Positions 38,344-48,152 of a DNA stretch of 64,000 bases are shown here, one piece after another. The translations under genes were made by a program, and so were the position numbers. The stretch is from an uncultured bacterium. GTDB taxonomy: Bacteria > Babelota > Babeliae > Babelales > Vermiphilaceae. The notes below the pieces were generated by a model, which worked only from the letters and a program-made list of their open reading frames with translations, did no database searches and was not told the DNA's origin. The number at the start of each line of letters is the position of its first letter. Position 1 is the first letter of the stretch. The stretch is from contig OY969699.1 in the NCBI GenBank assembly GCA_963702025.1, forward strand, positions 480,001 through 544,000, given 5' to 3'.

Positions 38344-40317
38344 ATGGATATATTCCAGTTTTTTATTATTTGTTTGGCAACTTCATTGCTTGGATTGGCT
38401 GTTGTAGCTATCTTGCTGTTTAAAATACGCAGCATTAGTGTTGATAATCTCAAAGCGCAAGAGATAGCCGCTGCCATTAGGGGCGGGGCAATGACCTTTT
38501 TGCGCGAAGAATATCAGATTATCGCACTCGTTGTGGCAGTTGTGGCCTTGGCGTTGGGCCTTTTGGTGAGCGTTACCAGCGCATGCTGCTTTATTTTCGG
38601 TGCATTTCTTTCTATGGCCTGTGGCTATATTGGTATGAATGCAGCGACTGATGCGAACGTGAGAACTACGATGGCAGCTAAAAATGATGGCGAGCAAGCC
38701 GCTTTTTCTATCGCTTTCTTTGGGGGTGGTGTTATGGGTTTTGCTGTTGCGGCATTTGGACTCATTGGTCTTGGCCTTTTATTTTATCTGTTTGTTGATC
38801 GCCCTGATTTTATGATCTTAATTACGAGCTTTGGTATCGGGGCCAGCTTGGTGGCCTTCTTTGCTCGCGTGGGCGGTGGTATTTATACCAAATCTGCCGA
38901 CGTTGGTGCTGACCTGGTAGGAAAAATTGAAGCAGGAATTCCTGAAGATGATCCTCGTAATCCGGCCGTTATTGCCGATAACGTGGGTGATTGTGTGGGT
39001 GATACTGCTGGCATGGGCGCTGACATCTATGAATCATATGTTGGCGCGATGATTGCCTCAATCATTTTAGGAATTGAAACTTATGGCATGAACCTGGCAT
39101 ATATTACCTTTCCCGTGGCGCTTGCTGCCCTTGGTATGATCGGTTCTGTTATTGGTTTAGCATCTAACTTGATACTTCGTCTTGAACCGGCCGCAATGTT
39201 ACGTGTTGCAAATTATATCGCAATAGGATTTTTATTAGTCTCTTCGTATGCTTACCTTATGGTTACGGGTATTGAGCAAAACTTATTTATTGCCGTGGCT
39301 TTAGGATGCCTTGCTGGGATAATCGTGGGGTTGATTACCGAGTATTACACCGGTGGCTCGCCGGTAGTTAAAACTGCTGAAAGTGCGCGTTCGGGTGCCG
39401 CAACCAATATTATCTATGGGTTATCGGTAGGAATGGAATCTGTTGTAGCGCCGGTAATTTTGCTTTCATTTATCGTCTTACTTGCCAGTTATTACGGTGG
39501 CGGATTATTTGGTGTTTCTTTATCCGGTGTTGCGATGTTGGCAACAGTTGGTATTAGTATGACCGTTGATGCCTACGGCCCGATTGCCGATAATGCCGGC
39601 GGTATTTCTGAAATGGCAGGTTTTGGCGAATCAGTAAGAAGAATTACCGATAAACTTGATGCGCTTGGCAATACAACAGCGGCGATGGGCAAAGGCTTTG
39701 CTATCGGCTCAGCATTGCTAACCGCATTGGCAATGTTTGCGGCCTATTCTAAGGCGGCTCATTTAGATGGCCTTAATGTGGTGGATCCGCTCATTTTGGT
39801 AGGCGTATTTATCGGTGCAACCTTACCATTTTTAATTAGCGCACTTACCATGCGTTCAGTTGGTGATGCGGCATTGAAGATGGTGATGGAAGTGCGCAGA
39901 CAATTTAAAGAAATTCCGGGCCTTATGGAAGGTACGGCAAAGCCTGATTATAATCGCTGTATTGCTATAAGCACTAAAGCGGCATTGCAGCAAATGATTG
40001 TGCCGGGATTAATCACTGTTATTACGCCGATTGTGGTACGTTTTTGCTTAGGCAAGGCGGCCCTTGGCGGGCTCCTTGTTGGTGCCACCGTGGTTGGCGT
40101 ATTGCTTGCCTTGATGATGGCAAACGGCGGCGGAGCATGGGATAATGCAAAAAAATATATTGAAGCGGGCCATTTTGGTGGCAAAGGCTCCCCAACTCAT
40201 AAAGCTGCGGTTGTTGGCGATACGGTGGGCGACCCATTCAAAGATACTTCCGGTCCAACCTTAAATATTTTGATCAAATTAATGTCGGTGATTTCATTGT
40301 TGTTAGTGTTGATTTAA
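38344..40317 (+). CDS. hppA: Membrane H+/Na+-translocating pyrophosphatase, K+-dependent type
   Basis: [33 protein letters not shown] (Ala) signature. Confidence 0.95.
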   Translation: MDIFQFFIICLATSLLGLAVVAILLFKIRSISVDNLKAQEIAAAIRGGAMTFLREEYQIIALVVAVVALALGLLVSVTSACCFIFGAFLSMACGYIGMNAATDANVRTTMAAKNDGEQAAFSIAFFGGGVMGFAVAAFGLIGLGLLFYLFVDRPDFMILITSFGIGASLVAFFARVGGGIYTKSADVGADLVGKIEAGIPEDDPRNPAVIADNVGDCVGDTAGMGADIYESYVGAMIASIILGIETYGMNLAYITFPVALAALGMIGSVIGLASNLILRLEPAAMLRVANYIAIGFLLVSSYAYLMVTGIEQNLFIAVALGCLAGIIVGLITEYYTGGSPVVKTAESARSGAATNIIYGLSVGMESVVAPVILLSFIVLLASYYGGGLFGVSLSGVAMLATVGISMTVDAYGPIADNAGGISEMAGFGESVRRITDKLDALGNTTAAMGKGFAIGSALLTALAMFAAYSKAAHLDGLNVVDPLILVGVFIGATLPFLISALTMRSVGDAALKMVMEVRRQFKEIPGLMEGTAKPDYNRCIAISTKAALQQMIVPGLITVITPIVVRFCLGKAALGGLLVGATVVGVLLALMMANGGGAWDNAKKYIEAGHFGGKGSPTHKAAVVGDTVGDPFKDTSGPTLNILIKLMSVISLLLVLI

Positions 40318-40338
40318 TACTAAAGTATGAATATAATT

Positions 40339-40365
40339 AGGCGACTTTCGGGTCGCCTTTTTCTT
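40339..40365 (+). terminator. hppA terminator
   Basis: AGGCGAC-TTTCGG-GTCGCCT plus T-tract. Confidence 0.8.
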
Positions 40366-40392
40366 TAACTTCTTTTTACAATAAGGATCATT

Positions 40393-40818
40393 ATGAAGAT
40401 AAAACCATTTTATTTGGTCTGCCTCTTTTCTCCAACGTTATTGGTAAGCATGCATATTCAGTTGCTCTTTCCATTAAAAAATGGCGCAAAAATTGCAGAG
40501 GGTCCTTTTTTTACTACCTGCTATAACCTCGACAAGCTTCGCAAAGAAAAATATTCACATTTTGAAGAATTAGTTGCAAAGGCGCGTAATGATCAGTATG
40601 AAATAAAAAACAATGAAGTAAAATCGAACTTACTTACGCAAAAGTTTCTGGTGGATGAAAAGGGAAACATAGACGAAGGTTGTCGCAATATTATTCTATC
40701 TGGTGTTAAAGACAAAGATAATCGGTTAATGCTGTATGATCCAACAACAATGTGTGATCCGAGTGTGGGGGATTCACGGGGGATGTTTGATGGCGAATCC
40801 GTTCCTGCTGACAAATAA
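40393..40818 (+). CDS. Secreted hypothetical protein
   Basis: Signal peptide; AAGGA SD. Confidence 0.65.
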   Translation: MKIKPFYLVCLFSPTLLVSMHIQLLFPLKNGAKIAEGPFFTTCYNLDKLRKEKYSHFEELVAKARNDQYEIKNNEVKSNLLTQKFLVDEKGNIDEGCRNIILSGVKDKDNRLMLYDPTTMCDPSVGDSRGMFDGESVPADK

Positions 40819-40844
40819 TAATATTCATTGTTCGAATATTTTTG

Positions 40845-40870
40845 AGGCGACTTGCGGGTCGCCTTATTTT
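40845..40870 (+). terminator. Duplicate of the hppA terminator
   Basis: 20/21 nt identical to 40339-40359. Confidence 0.75.
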
Positions 40871-41009
40871 ATTATTTCTTAATAAGTGAAAAAAATACAT
40901 ATTTAATTTTGTTTTTAAATTTTTATTAGAAATTACTTGCGAAATAAATTTTGCTCATGTTATCCTACTAATGACTAAAAAAGAGGGGTAGTAAATTAGG
41001 GGAAGCAGA

Positions 41010-42308
41010 ATGAACAAAGGGACACAAAGCAACAAAAAGTATATTTTTACGTTGGCCAGAGTAATTTTTCTTATCTTTGTTGCCTTGGTCTTGCCCCGCT
41101 TTTTCTTAGTTGAGCAAAATGCAACAATTGCACCACTTAATCATGAAATTTTCAAACTCGGTATTGAATCATTAACCGATGAGTTTCTCTCAAGCCTTAG
41201 CCCACAAAGTAGCGCTGATTATACGGTTGGCCTGGTCACCAACCATACCGCTCTGGATCAAAAAGGTAATCGCACCGCAGAAATACTGTTATCCAAAGGC
41301 TTACGGGTTCAAAAGATCTTTATTCCCGAAGATGACTTTTTTGCCTATAAAAAAAATTTTAATGCCGATTTAACCGATGACAAAACAGAAATTCCTCTGG
41401 CGATGCTTGCGCATATCGATTCATTAAAAAAGTCTCGGGAGTATAATTTTAATGATGTTGACGTTCTGTTTTTTGATATGCAAGATTCGGGAATCAATCC
41501 GAGTGTGGCGATGACAACCTTGTTGAAAACATTACAAAGTGCGGCAAAACAAAATAAAACAATGGTGGTTTTGGATCGCCCAAATCTTTTAGGGTGTTCC
41601 ATGGAAGGTATCATTAATGACGGTGCCAATGATAGAGACGAACAGATTCCGGTGCCCATGCGGCATGGTATGACCTGCGGTGAACTTGCCCGCTATTTTA
41701 ATACAACATTATTAGCCAGTCCGGCTCGCCTGTTTGTGGTGCCTATGCAAAATTATACCCGTGATCTTTTTAGCCACGCCTCCACCGCTGCCCATGCATC
41801 ATTATTAACCAATATTGACGCGTATTATGGTGCCAGCTTTTTACCGGTATTGGGCGCGGTAAAACCATTTGATATTGGCCTGGGGACTGATTTAGCATTT
41901 TCCTGTTTGTTTTTACCCGAATCCGAAGGCGTTTCAAAGCAAAAATGGTTTGAACTACGAGCATTGCTCAAAGAACAGGGGATCGAAACATCATGGCACC
42001 GGTATTATAACCCAAAAAAGAGATGCTACTATTCTGGGTTGCGATTTTTGGTGAGAAATGTTGACCAATTTTCTCCTTTTAATACTGTGGTGACCGTTGT
42101 GCATTTTTTTAAAGATGCCGGTGTCCCATTATCCTTCTTGCCAGAATTTGATCATATATTTGGGGGAAAGAAAATGAGAAGTTTCTTGGAAGGTAAATGT
42201 GCGCGGCATGATTTAGAATATGCGGTGAATAAAGGGTTAAAAACATTCTTTAATAAGGCTCATTCTTCCCTTATTTATAAGCCGGCGCCAAAAGTGGTTC
42301 TGTTATGA
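41010..42308 (+). CDS. NamZ/DUF1343-like protein, degenerate, membrane-anchored
   Basis: VGLVTNHT, DRPN, RHGMT.GELA; APEHG replaced by IPEDD. Confidence 0.8.
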   Translation: MNKGTQSNKKYIFTLARVIFLIFVALVLPRFFLVEQNATIAPLNHEIFKLGIESLTDEFLSSLSPQSSADYTVGLVTNHTALDQKGNRTAEILLSKGLRVQKIFIPEDDFFAYKKNFNADLTDDKTEIPLAMLAHIDSLKKSREYNFNDVDVLFFDMQDSGINPSVAMTTLLKTLQSAAKQNKTMVVLDRPNLLGCSMEGIINDGANDRDEQIPVPMRHGMTCGELARYFNTTLLASPARLFVVPMQNYTRDLFSHASTAAHASLLTNIDAYYGASFLPVLGAVKPFDIGLGTDLAFSCLFLPESEGVSKQKWFELRALLKEQGIETSWHRYYNPKKRCYYSGLRFLVRNVDQFSPFNTVVTVVHFFKDAGVPLSFLPEFDHIFGGKKMRSFLEGKCARHDLEYAVNKGLKTFFNKAHSSLIYKPAPKVVLL

Positions 42309-43513
42309 TGATTTTTTATTGTCTTCTCATCATTTTTCCATTAATGATTAACGCTGAATTTAAACTTGGCATTGAAAATATTCCTGATTCACTCATTAAA
42401 GAATATAAAGATAAGAAATTACGAGTAGGGCTCGTTACCAATCAAACCGGTTTAGATCAACAGGGAAATCGCAGCGTTGATATCCTATTAAAAAAGGGAT
42501 TTGAAGTAATTTATATTTTTGCTCCCGAACATGGTTTTAATGGAAAACTAGAAGCAGCAAAACCGGTAAATGATGAGCGGGATGCTAAAATACAGATCCC
42601 GATTATTAGTTTGTATGCGGGTGGTGACAAATCAAAAAAAATTGATCCCAATCTTCTTAAAGATTTGGATGCCATATTTGTTGATATTCAAGATTCGGGA
42701 ATGCGCCATTATACCTATATTGGATCATTATATGAAGTGCTCAAAGCTGCGGGTCTTGAAGGTAAAAGGGTGGTGGTCTTTGATAGGCAAAATCCACTGG
42801 GTAAAACTATGGAAGGTCCATTGGTTGATCCGCATCTAATTTCATTTATATCTATTGCGCCAATTCCGTTGCGGCATGGCATGACAATGGGAGAGTTGGC
42901 TGAATATTTTAATGAGTACGTGTTAGATAAAAAAGCATCACTTAAAGTGGTGCATATGAAAGATTATGATCGGAGTATTGGCCTTACCACCTTTAATGCG
43001 CCACTTTCTCCCAATATTGCATGCAAAGATTCTTGCTTGGGCTACTCATTTTTGGGTTTATTGGGCGAAGTGAAGCCGTTTGACGTTGGTGTTGGCACCT
43101 CTCATGCTTTTCAAGTGATCACTGTGCCCGAATCTTTACCTATTTTGCCAACAGTTTGGCAAAAGCTCTCTGCTGAACTTCAAAAATTGGGCATCGCTTC
43201 AACGCCTCATCGGTATTTTAATGAGCGAAAAAAGGAACATTATCACGGGTTACGATTAAATATTACCGATATTAATCAAGTGAATGCGTTTCATGCATTT
43301 TTAGTGACCGTTGCATTGCTCAAAAAAGTGGGAGTGAGTTTAGATTTTGCCGTTAATTTTGATAAAGCGGCCGGAAGCAATAAGGTGCGGCTATTTTTGC
43401 TGGGGCTAGTGAATTATCATGAACTGATAGAAGAAATAAAACACGGCCTGCAGACTTTTGTGCAAAAGGCGCAGACCGTGTTTAAATATTTCCCGCATCC
43501 GGAAATTATGTGA
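42305..43513 (+). CDS. Exo-beta-N-acetylmuramidase NamZ/DUF1343 family
   Basis: FAPEHG, DIQDSGMRHYTY, RHGMTMGELA, SPNI. Confidence 0.88.
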   Translation: MMIFYCLLIIFPLMINAEFKLGIENIPDSLIKEYKDKKLRVGLVTNQTGLDQQGNRSVDILLKKGFEVIYIFAPEHGFNGKLEAAKPVNDERDAKIQIPIISLYAGGDKSKKIDPNLLKDLDAIFVDIQDSGMRHYTYIGSLYEVLKAAGLEGKRVVVFDRQNPLGKTMEGPLVDPHLISFISIAPIPLRHGMTMGELAEYFNEYVLDKKASLKVVHMKDYDRSIGLTTFNAPLSPNIACKDSCLGYSFLGLLGEVKPFDVGVGTSHAFQVITVPESLPILPTVWQKLSAELQKLGIASTPHRYFNERKKEHYHGLRLNITDINQVNAFHAFLVTVALLKKVGVSLDFAVNFDKAAGSNKVRLFLLGLVNYHELIEEIKHGLQTFVQKAQTVFKYFPHPEIM

Positions 43514-44125
43514 TCATTGTATAATAAGCGGCTCCAAATCTTTTCCGGTTACTTCACGTTCAAATTGCCTCGCTCTATAGTGTATAACTGAACCGGCAAT
43601 AATATATTCCACCTCCGCTTCACTTATCTCTTTATTTTCAAGCAGAGTTTGCTTAACGCTTGTATTGCCGACTGAAATTTGTTTTTTTTCAATCAAATAA
43701 TTAAGCATTAAATTAATATATTTAGCGCCATAACAATTCCACGCAACCGGCTCATGAGTGTTTTCTTTTAAATTAGCCAAAGCATCCTTAAAATCAGGTT
43801 GCTGCCAAACGTAATCTTGTAGCTCTTCGATTTTTTTCATGATTTCTTCTTTTTCCAATTCTTTTTTTACCAGGTCTTTTTCATATTCAGCACAAAAGCG
43901 ATAGGCGGCAAGTAAATTATTATCGTGATGATTTTCTAATTGTTCGCCAATTTTTACTATCTTTTTTTTGTTCGCAATGAACTCATCCAATGCTTTTCCA
44001 TCAAGTTGTATGCGCACTTTGCGTGCTTGGTGAAACTCATTAATAGTCATTTCATGGCCACTATTTTGCGCCATTGAGATGATGGCCAATGGCAGTAAAG
44101 AAATTAATCCAAGTGCTAATTTCAT
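43514..44125 (-). CDS. Secreted hypothetical protein
   Basis: Signal peptide after AAGGAG SD. Confidence 0.65.
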   Translation of the reverse strand: MKLALGLISLLPLAIISMAQNSGHEMTINEFHQARKVRIQLDGKALDEFIANKKKIVKIGEQLENHHDNNLLAAYRFCAEYEKDLVKKELEKEEIMKKIEELQDYVWQQPDFKDALANLKENTHEPVAWNCYGAKYINLMLNYLIEKKQISVGNTSVKQTLLENKEISEAEVEYIIAGSVIHYRARQFEREVTGKDLEPLIIQ

Positions 44126-44135
44126 TTTTTGCTCC

Positions 44136-44768
44136 TTACTTAAACCACGCGCGAACGGTGTCCACTGCATCCGTTAGAAAATCTTTTACCGATTGGTATG
44201 CTCTGCTAAAAAAATCTTGCACTTGGCTGTTACAGGCGACTGGTTTTTCTTCCGCTTTTTCAACTTGTTGAGTTGCTTGGGCCGATTCTTTTGATGGTTG
44301 CACTGTTTCTTGAGCTGATTCTTTTGCCGCTATGGCTGTCGTGGCCTCTTTTGAAACTTGTGGTGGTGCTTGGGCGGGTTCGCCTGCCATTTTTACAATA
44401 TCACTGCGCAGTGTTTCGGAATACCCTACTTGTTTATCGATTAATTTGCCATTTTTGAAAAACAAGATTGTGGGTAATTGGTTTGCGCCGTATCGTTGGG
44501 CAAGCGTTGGATTCATATCAACATCAAGTGTTGCAAAAGTAATATTGTTTAATGATGCATCGTTTGATAACGATCTAAAAGGGCCTTCAGATTGAACACA
44601 GTAAATGCACCATTTTGCCCCCGCTTTAACTACCGCTAAATTAGGTTTTTTTAAGATTTCTGATTCAAATTGACCCTCATTGGTGATGGTTATGGTGCTG
44701 CATTGGGTGGCGGCATAAAAAGAGAGGGCAAGCATAAGTGTATTTTTGGTTATGCTTATATTTTTCAT
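44136..44768 (-). CDS. Secreted thioredoxin-domain protein
   Basis: WCIYC, LPT; signal peptide. Confidence 0.85.
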   Translation of the reverse strand: MKNISITKNTLMLALSFYAATQCSTITITNEGQFESEILKKPNLAVVKAGAKWCIYCVQSEGPFRSLSNDASLNNITFATLDVDMNPTLAQRYGANQLPTILFFKNGKLIDKQVGYSETLRSDIVKMAGEPAQAPPQVSKEATTAIAAKESAQETVQPSKESAQATQQVEKAEEKPVACNSQVQDFFSRAYQSVKDFLTDAVDTVRAWFK

Positions 44769-44811
44769 AGGATTTCCTTTTTTTTGAAATGGTTGAAATC
44801 GACTTTTCAAA

Positions 44812-44896
44812 ATGCTTCGACTCAGCCTTCGCTAAAGCTTCGGCGGGCAGGCTGGGCGTTTACTCCTGAGTTCTCCGAAGGCTCAGCACGAACGGA
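44812..44896 (-). repeat. REP-like repeat with nested inserts
   Basis: Minus strand CCGTTCGTGCTGAG...GTCGAAGCAT enclosing extra hairpins. Confidence 0.7.
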
Positions 44897-45308
44897 ACTA
44901 AATCTGTGAGTGAGGAGAATCAAGTCGAATTATATGGGCGTCATCATCAAAATAAATTATTAAGTATCCTAACATAATAAATGGACATCCTGTCAATAGG
45001 CATAAAATTGCTGATAGTTTTTTTTGATGGTTAAAAAATAGGTAGAGGATATACCGATAAAAATCATGTGTGTCAAAAATTTTTGATTTTTTTTGTTGTA
45101 ACCGGATGACTAACAAGAAGTTCCCTTTTTATTTGCAATATGAAAATAATAGTTTGCTTTCTCAAATAAAAAATGAAGAATATATAGATTCAAAAAAAAA
45201 TAAAAAAATGATTGATTCTACAAGATCAAACCGTTACATTATGAGATAAGTATTTATAATAGCTTTTTCATATAGAAATCATTTTTATATTTTAAGAAGT
45301 CAATTTGT

Positions 45309-45387
45309 GTGCGCATGGACGGTATAACCACCGTGAGCTCTTCAAGAGCTAGCCAACATTCGTAAAGGCCATTCGCACCATTTTTTT
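45309..45387 (+). promoter_or_regulatory. Candidate structured leader of nrdA
   Basis: Multi-branch fold followed by a T-tract, in an otherwise AT-rich spacer. Confidence 0.4.
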
Positions 45388-45417
45388 CCGCAAAATAAGA
45401 ATGATTGAGAATCTCGG

Positions 45418-48009
45418 GTGGAAAACGAAAGGGTTGCCATGGAAGCTCAAAGGAACACTATGCGTCAAATGTACGGTACGTTTGATCAAATTAATAGCAA
45501 AGAGTTTAACGAAAAGGTTGATCGTATATCGCGGGTAAAATCGCCTGACGGTACATTTTTATCATTTAATATTAATAAATTGCGCGCTGCTATTGAGTGG
45601 GCCATTACTGGACACGAAAAAGATGCATCGGCCGATGTTATTTTGCACGAAGTTATTAATACTATATTTGATGGCGTATCAGCAGTAGAAATTGCCGATG
45701 CGTTGATCATGGCATCCTCATCTTATATTGAATTTGATCCGGCATATAATTATGTTGCCGCTCAATTATCACTTAAAAAATTGTTCAAAGAAGTAACTGG
45801 TGTGAGTATACGGTCCCACGCATACGAGCATTTATACCGAAAATCATTTATTGCCAGCATCAAAGATGGTGTTGAGGCCGGTGTTCTTGATAAGAGATTG
45901 CTGGAATTTGATCTTGAGCAACTGGCAGCACATTTGCATTTGGAGCGTGATGCATTATTTGAGTATATGGGTCTTAAAACGCTCAATGAACGTTATTTTA
46001 ATAAAATTGAAACACGTCGCATGGAGCTGCCGCAAGCATTTTGGATGCGAGTGGCTATGGGCATTTCATTAAACGAACCAAATAAAAATGAGGCGGCAGT
46101 ATCTTTCTATAATCTTATTTCTACCATGCGCTATGTGCCCAGCACGCCGACTCTTTTCCATTCAGGTTTGCTCAGACCGCAATTAAGCTCTTGCTTTTTA
46201 TCAACCGTTGAAGATGATTTGAAGCATATTTTTAAAGTCTATCTTGATAATGCGCTTCTTTCTAAATTCTCCGGCGGCGTTGCCAATGATTGGAGCAATT
46301 TGCGTGCCACTGGCGCCATGATTAAAACAATCAATACCGAAAGTCTTGGTGTTATTCCATTTTTAAAAATTGCTAATGATGTAACAGCGGCAATCAACCG
46401 CAGTGGCAGACGTCGCGGCGCCACCTGTGTCTATTTAGAAATCTGGCATATGGATTATGAAGACTTTTTAGACTTACGACGCAATACCGGTGATGAACGT
46501 CGCCGTGCGCATGAAATCAATACCGCAAGCTGGATACCTGATCTTTTTATGAAACGGTTGCTGAATGATGAAAAATGGACATTCTTTTCGCCCGAAGAGG
46601 CGCCTGATCTGCATCATTTATATGGAAAAAAGTTTGAAGAACGGTATGTGCACTATGAACAAATGGCAGCACGAGGTGAAATTAAACTGTTCAAAGTGAT
46701 ACAAGCAAGCGTGCTTTGGCGAAAAATGCTCAGTCGTCTTTTTGAAACGGGTCATCCATGGATCACTTTTAAAGACGCAGGCAATATTCGATCGCCACAA
46801 GATCATGCGGGCGTGGTTCACTCTTCTAATCTGTGCACCGAAATTTTCCTAAATACTTCAGCTGATGAAACAGCGGTATGTAATTTAGGATCAGTTAATT
46901 TAGCAGAACATATTACCGCTGATGGCAAGTTGGACGAGGAAAAAATCGGGCAGACGGTATCTCTTGCAGTTCGCATGCTTGATAACGTTATTGATATTAA
47001 CTACTATCCAACCGTTGAAGCAAAAAATTCAAATTTGCGCCATCGCCCTATTGGGCTTGGTATTATGGGATTGCAGGATGCATTATATAAGCTCAATGTT
47101 CATTTTGCCACGTCGCAAGCGCTTGAAGTTTCCGATTATATTATGGAAACGGTTGCTTATTATGCAATTCTTGCCTCATCACAATTGGCAAAAGAGCGTG
47201 GGGCCTACCAATCATTCAAAGGTTCAAAGTGGGATAGAAATATTTTCCCTCAAGATACCATTGCTTTGCTTGAGCAAGAACGGGGTATGGAGATTCCTAT
47301 CTATAAATTAGGAAAGCTCGATTGGTCCCCGGTACGCCGCAGTGTGCAAGAATATGGCATGAGAAATTCTAATTGCATGGCGATTGCGCCAACGGCAACC
47401 ATTTCTAATATTGTCGGTTGTTTTCCGTGCATAGAGCCGATTTACAAAAACTTATATGTCAAAGCAAATATGAGCGGTGAATTTACCATCGTTAATAAAT
47501 ATTTGATTGAAGATCTTAAATCTCTGGGTCTTTGGAATCATGAAATGCTTCAGCTGCTTAAATATTATGATGGCAGTGTTCAGATGATTGAACAGGTTCC
47601 GGCACATTTGCGTGAAAAATATAAAGAAGTCTTTGAAATTGACGCTGAATGGCTTATTGAGATGACTGCTGCTCGCGGTAAATGGATAGACCAGAGCCAA
47701 TCACACAATGTCTTTATGCGCGGCGTTTCGGGTAAAAAACTGAATGATATTTATATTAAAGCGTGGCGCTTGGGGCTCAAGAGCACCTATTATTTAAGAT
47801 CGTTGGGCGCATCACAGATTGAGAAATCAACACTTGATGCCAAAAAGTTCGGCTATACTCAAAAACGTGAATATGGCACCATTGATTCGAATGCATCCGA
47901 AGTGGCGCAAGAGATGAGCGTTGTTGCCGATACGGCAGATGAAATAGAGTTGATGCCGGCTACTGCTTGTAGTATTTCATCCGATCCGGATTGTGAAGTG
48001 TGTCAATAG
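45418..48009 (+). CDS. nrdA: Ribonucleotide reductase class I alpha subunit with ATP-cone
   Basis: PSTPT, QLSSC, SNLCTEI, CNLGS, APTATIS, TYYLR, C-terminal Cys pair. Confidence 0.97.
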   Translation: MENERVAMEAQRNTMRQMYGTFDQINSKEFNEKVDRISRVKSPDGTFLSFNINKLRAAIEWAITGHEKDASADVILHEVINTIFDGVSAVEIADALIMASSSYIEFDPAYNYVAAQLSLKKLFKEVTGVSIRSHAYEHLYRKSFIASIKDGVEAGVLDKRLLEFDLEQLAAHLHLERDALFEYMGLKTLNERYFNKIETRRMELPQAFWMRVAMGISLNEPNKNEAAVSFYNLISTMRYVPSTPTLFHSGLLRPQLSSCFLSTVEDDLKHIFKVYLDNALLSKFSGGVANDWSNLRATGAMIKTINTESLGVIPFLKIANDVTAAINRSGRRRGATCVYLEIWHMDYEDFLDLRRNTGDERRRAHEINTASWIPDLFMKRLLNDEKWTFFSPEEAPDLHHLYGKKFEERYVHYEQMAARGEIKLFKVIQASVLWRKMLSRLFETGHPWITFKDAGNIRSPQDHAGVVHSSNLCTEIFLNTSADETAVCNLGSVNLAEHITADGKLDEEKIGQTVSLAVRMLDNVIDINYYPTVEAKNSNLRHRPIGLGIMGLQDALYKLNVHFATSQALEVSDYIMETVAYYAILASSQLAKERGAYQSFKGSKWDRNIFPQDTIALLEQERGMEIPIYKLGKLDWSPVRRSVQEYGMRNSNCMAIAPTATISNIVGCFPCIEPIYKNLYVKANMSGEFTIVNKYLIEDLKSLGLWNHEMLQLLKYYDGSVQMIEQVPAHLREKYKEVFEIDAEWLIEMTAARGKWIDQSQSHNVFMRGVSGKKLNDIYIKAWRLGLKSTYYLRSLGASQIEKSTLDAKKFGYTQKREYGTIDSNASEVAQEMSVVADTADEIELMPATACSISSDPDCEVCQ

Positions 48010-48139
48010 TTCGAGACGCCACTGCGTGCTCCTCACTATGAAATGGAAAGAATTAATATTATTTAAATAAATATTCGATAAATCAGGATGATGGATTTCC
48101 ATCTCATCCTGAGGAGCGCTAAAAGCGCGTCTCGAAGGA
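48007..48139. repeat. Outward-facing REP doublet between nrdA and nrdB
   Basis: 48007-48049 (minus) and 48096-48139 (plus): TTTCCATyTCA-N3-TGAGGAG-hairpin-CGTCTCGAA-N3'. Confidence 0.8.
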
Positions 48140-48152
48140 TAAAGGAACAATT

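Noticed and set aside
44898..45116. 72-aa minus-strand ORF upstream of the thioredoxin
   Set aside because: No ATG or SD support and no recognisable motif; could be a small membrane protein but is unsupported.
7393..48139. Palindromic repeats as a CRISPR array or integron attC array
   Set aside because: Copies are dispersed rather than regularly spaced; no cas or integrase gene; no consistent RYYYAAC/GTTRRRY ends.
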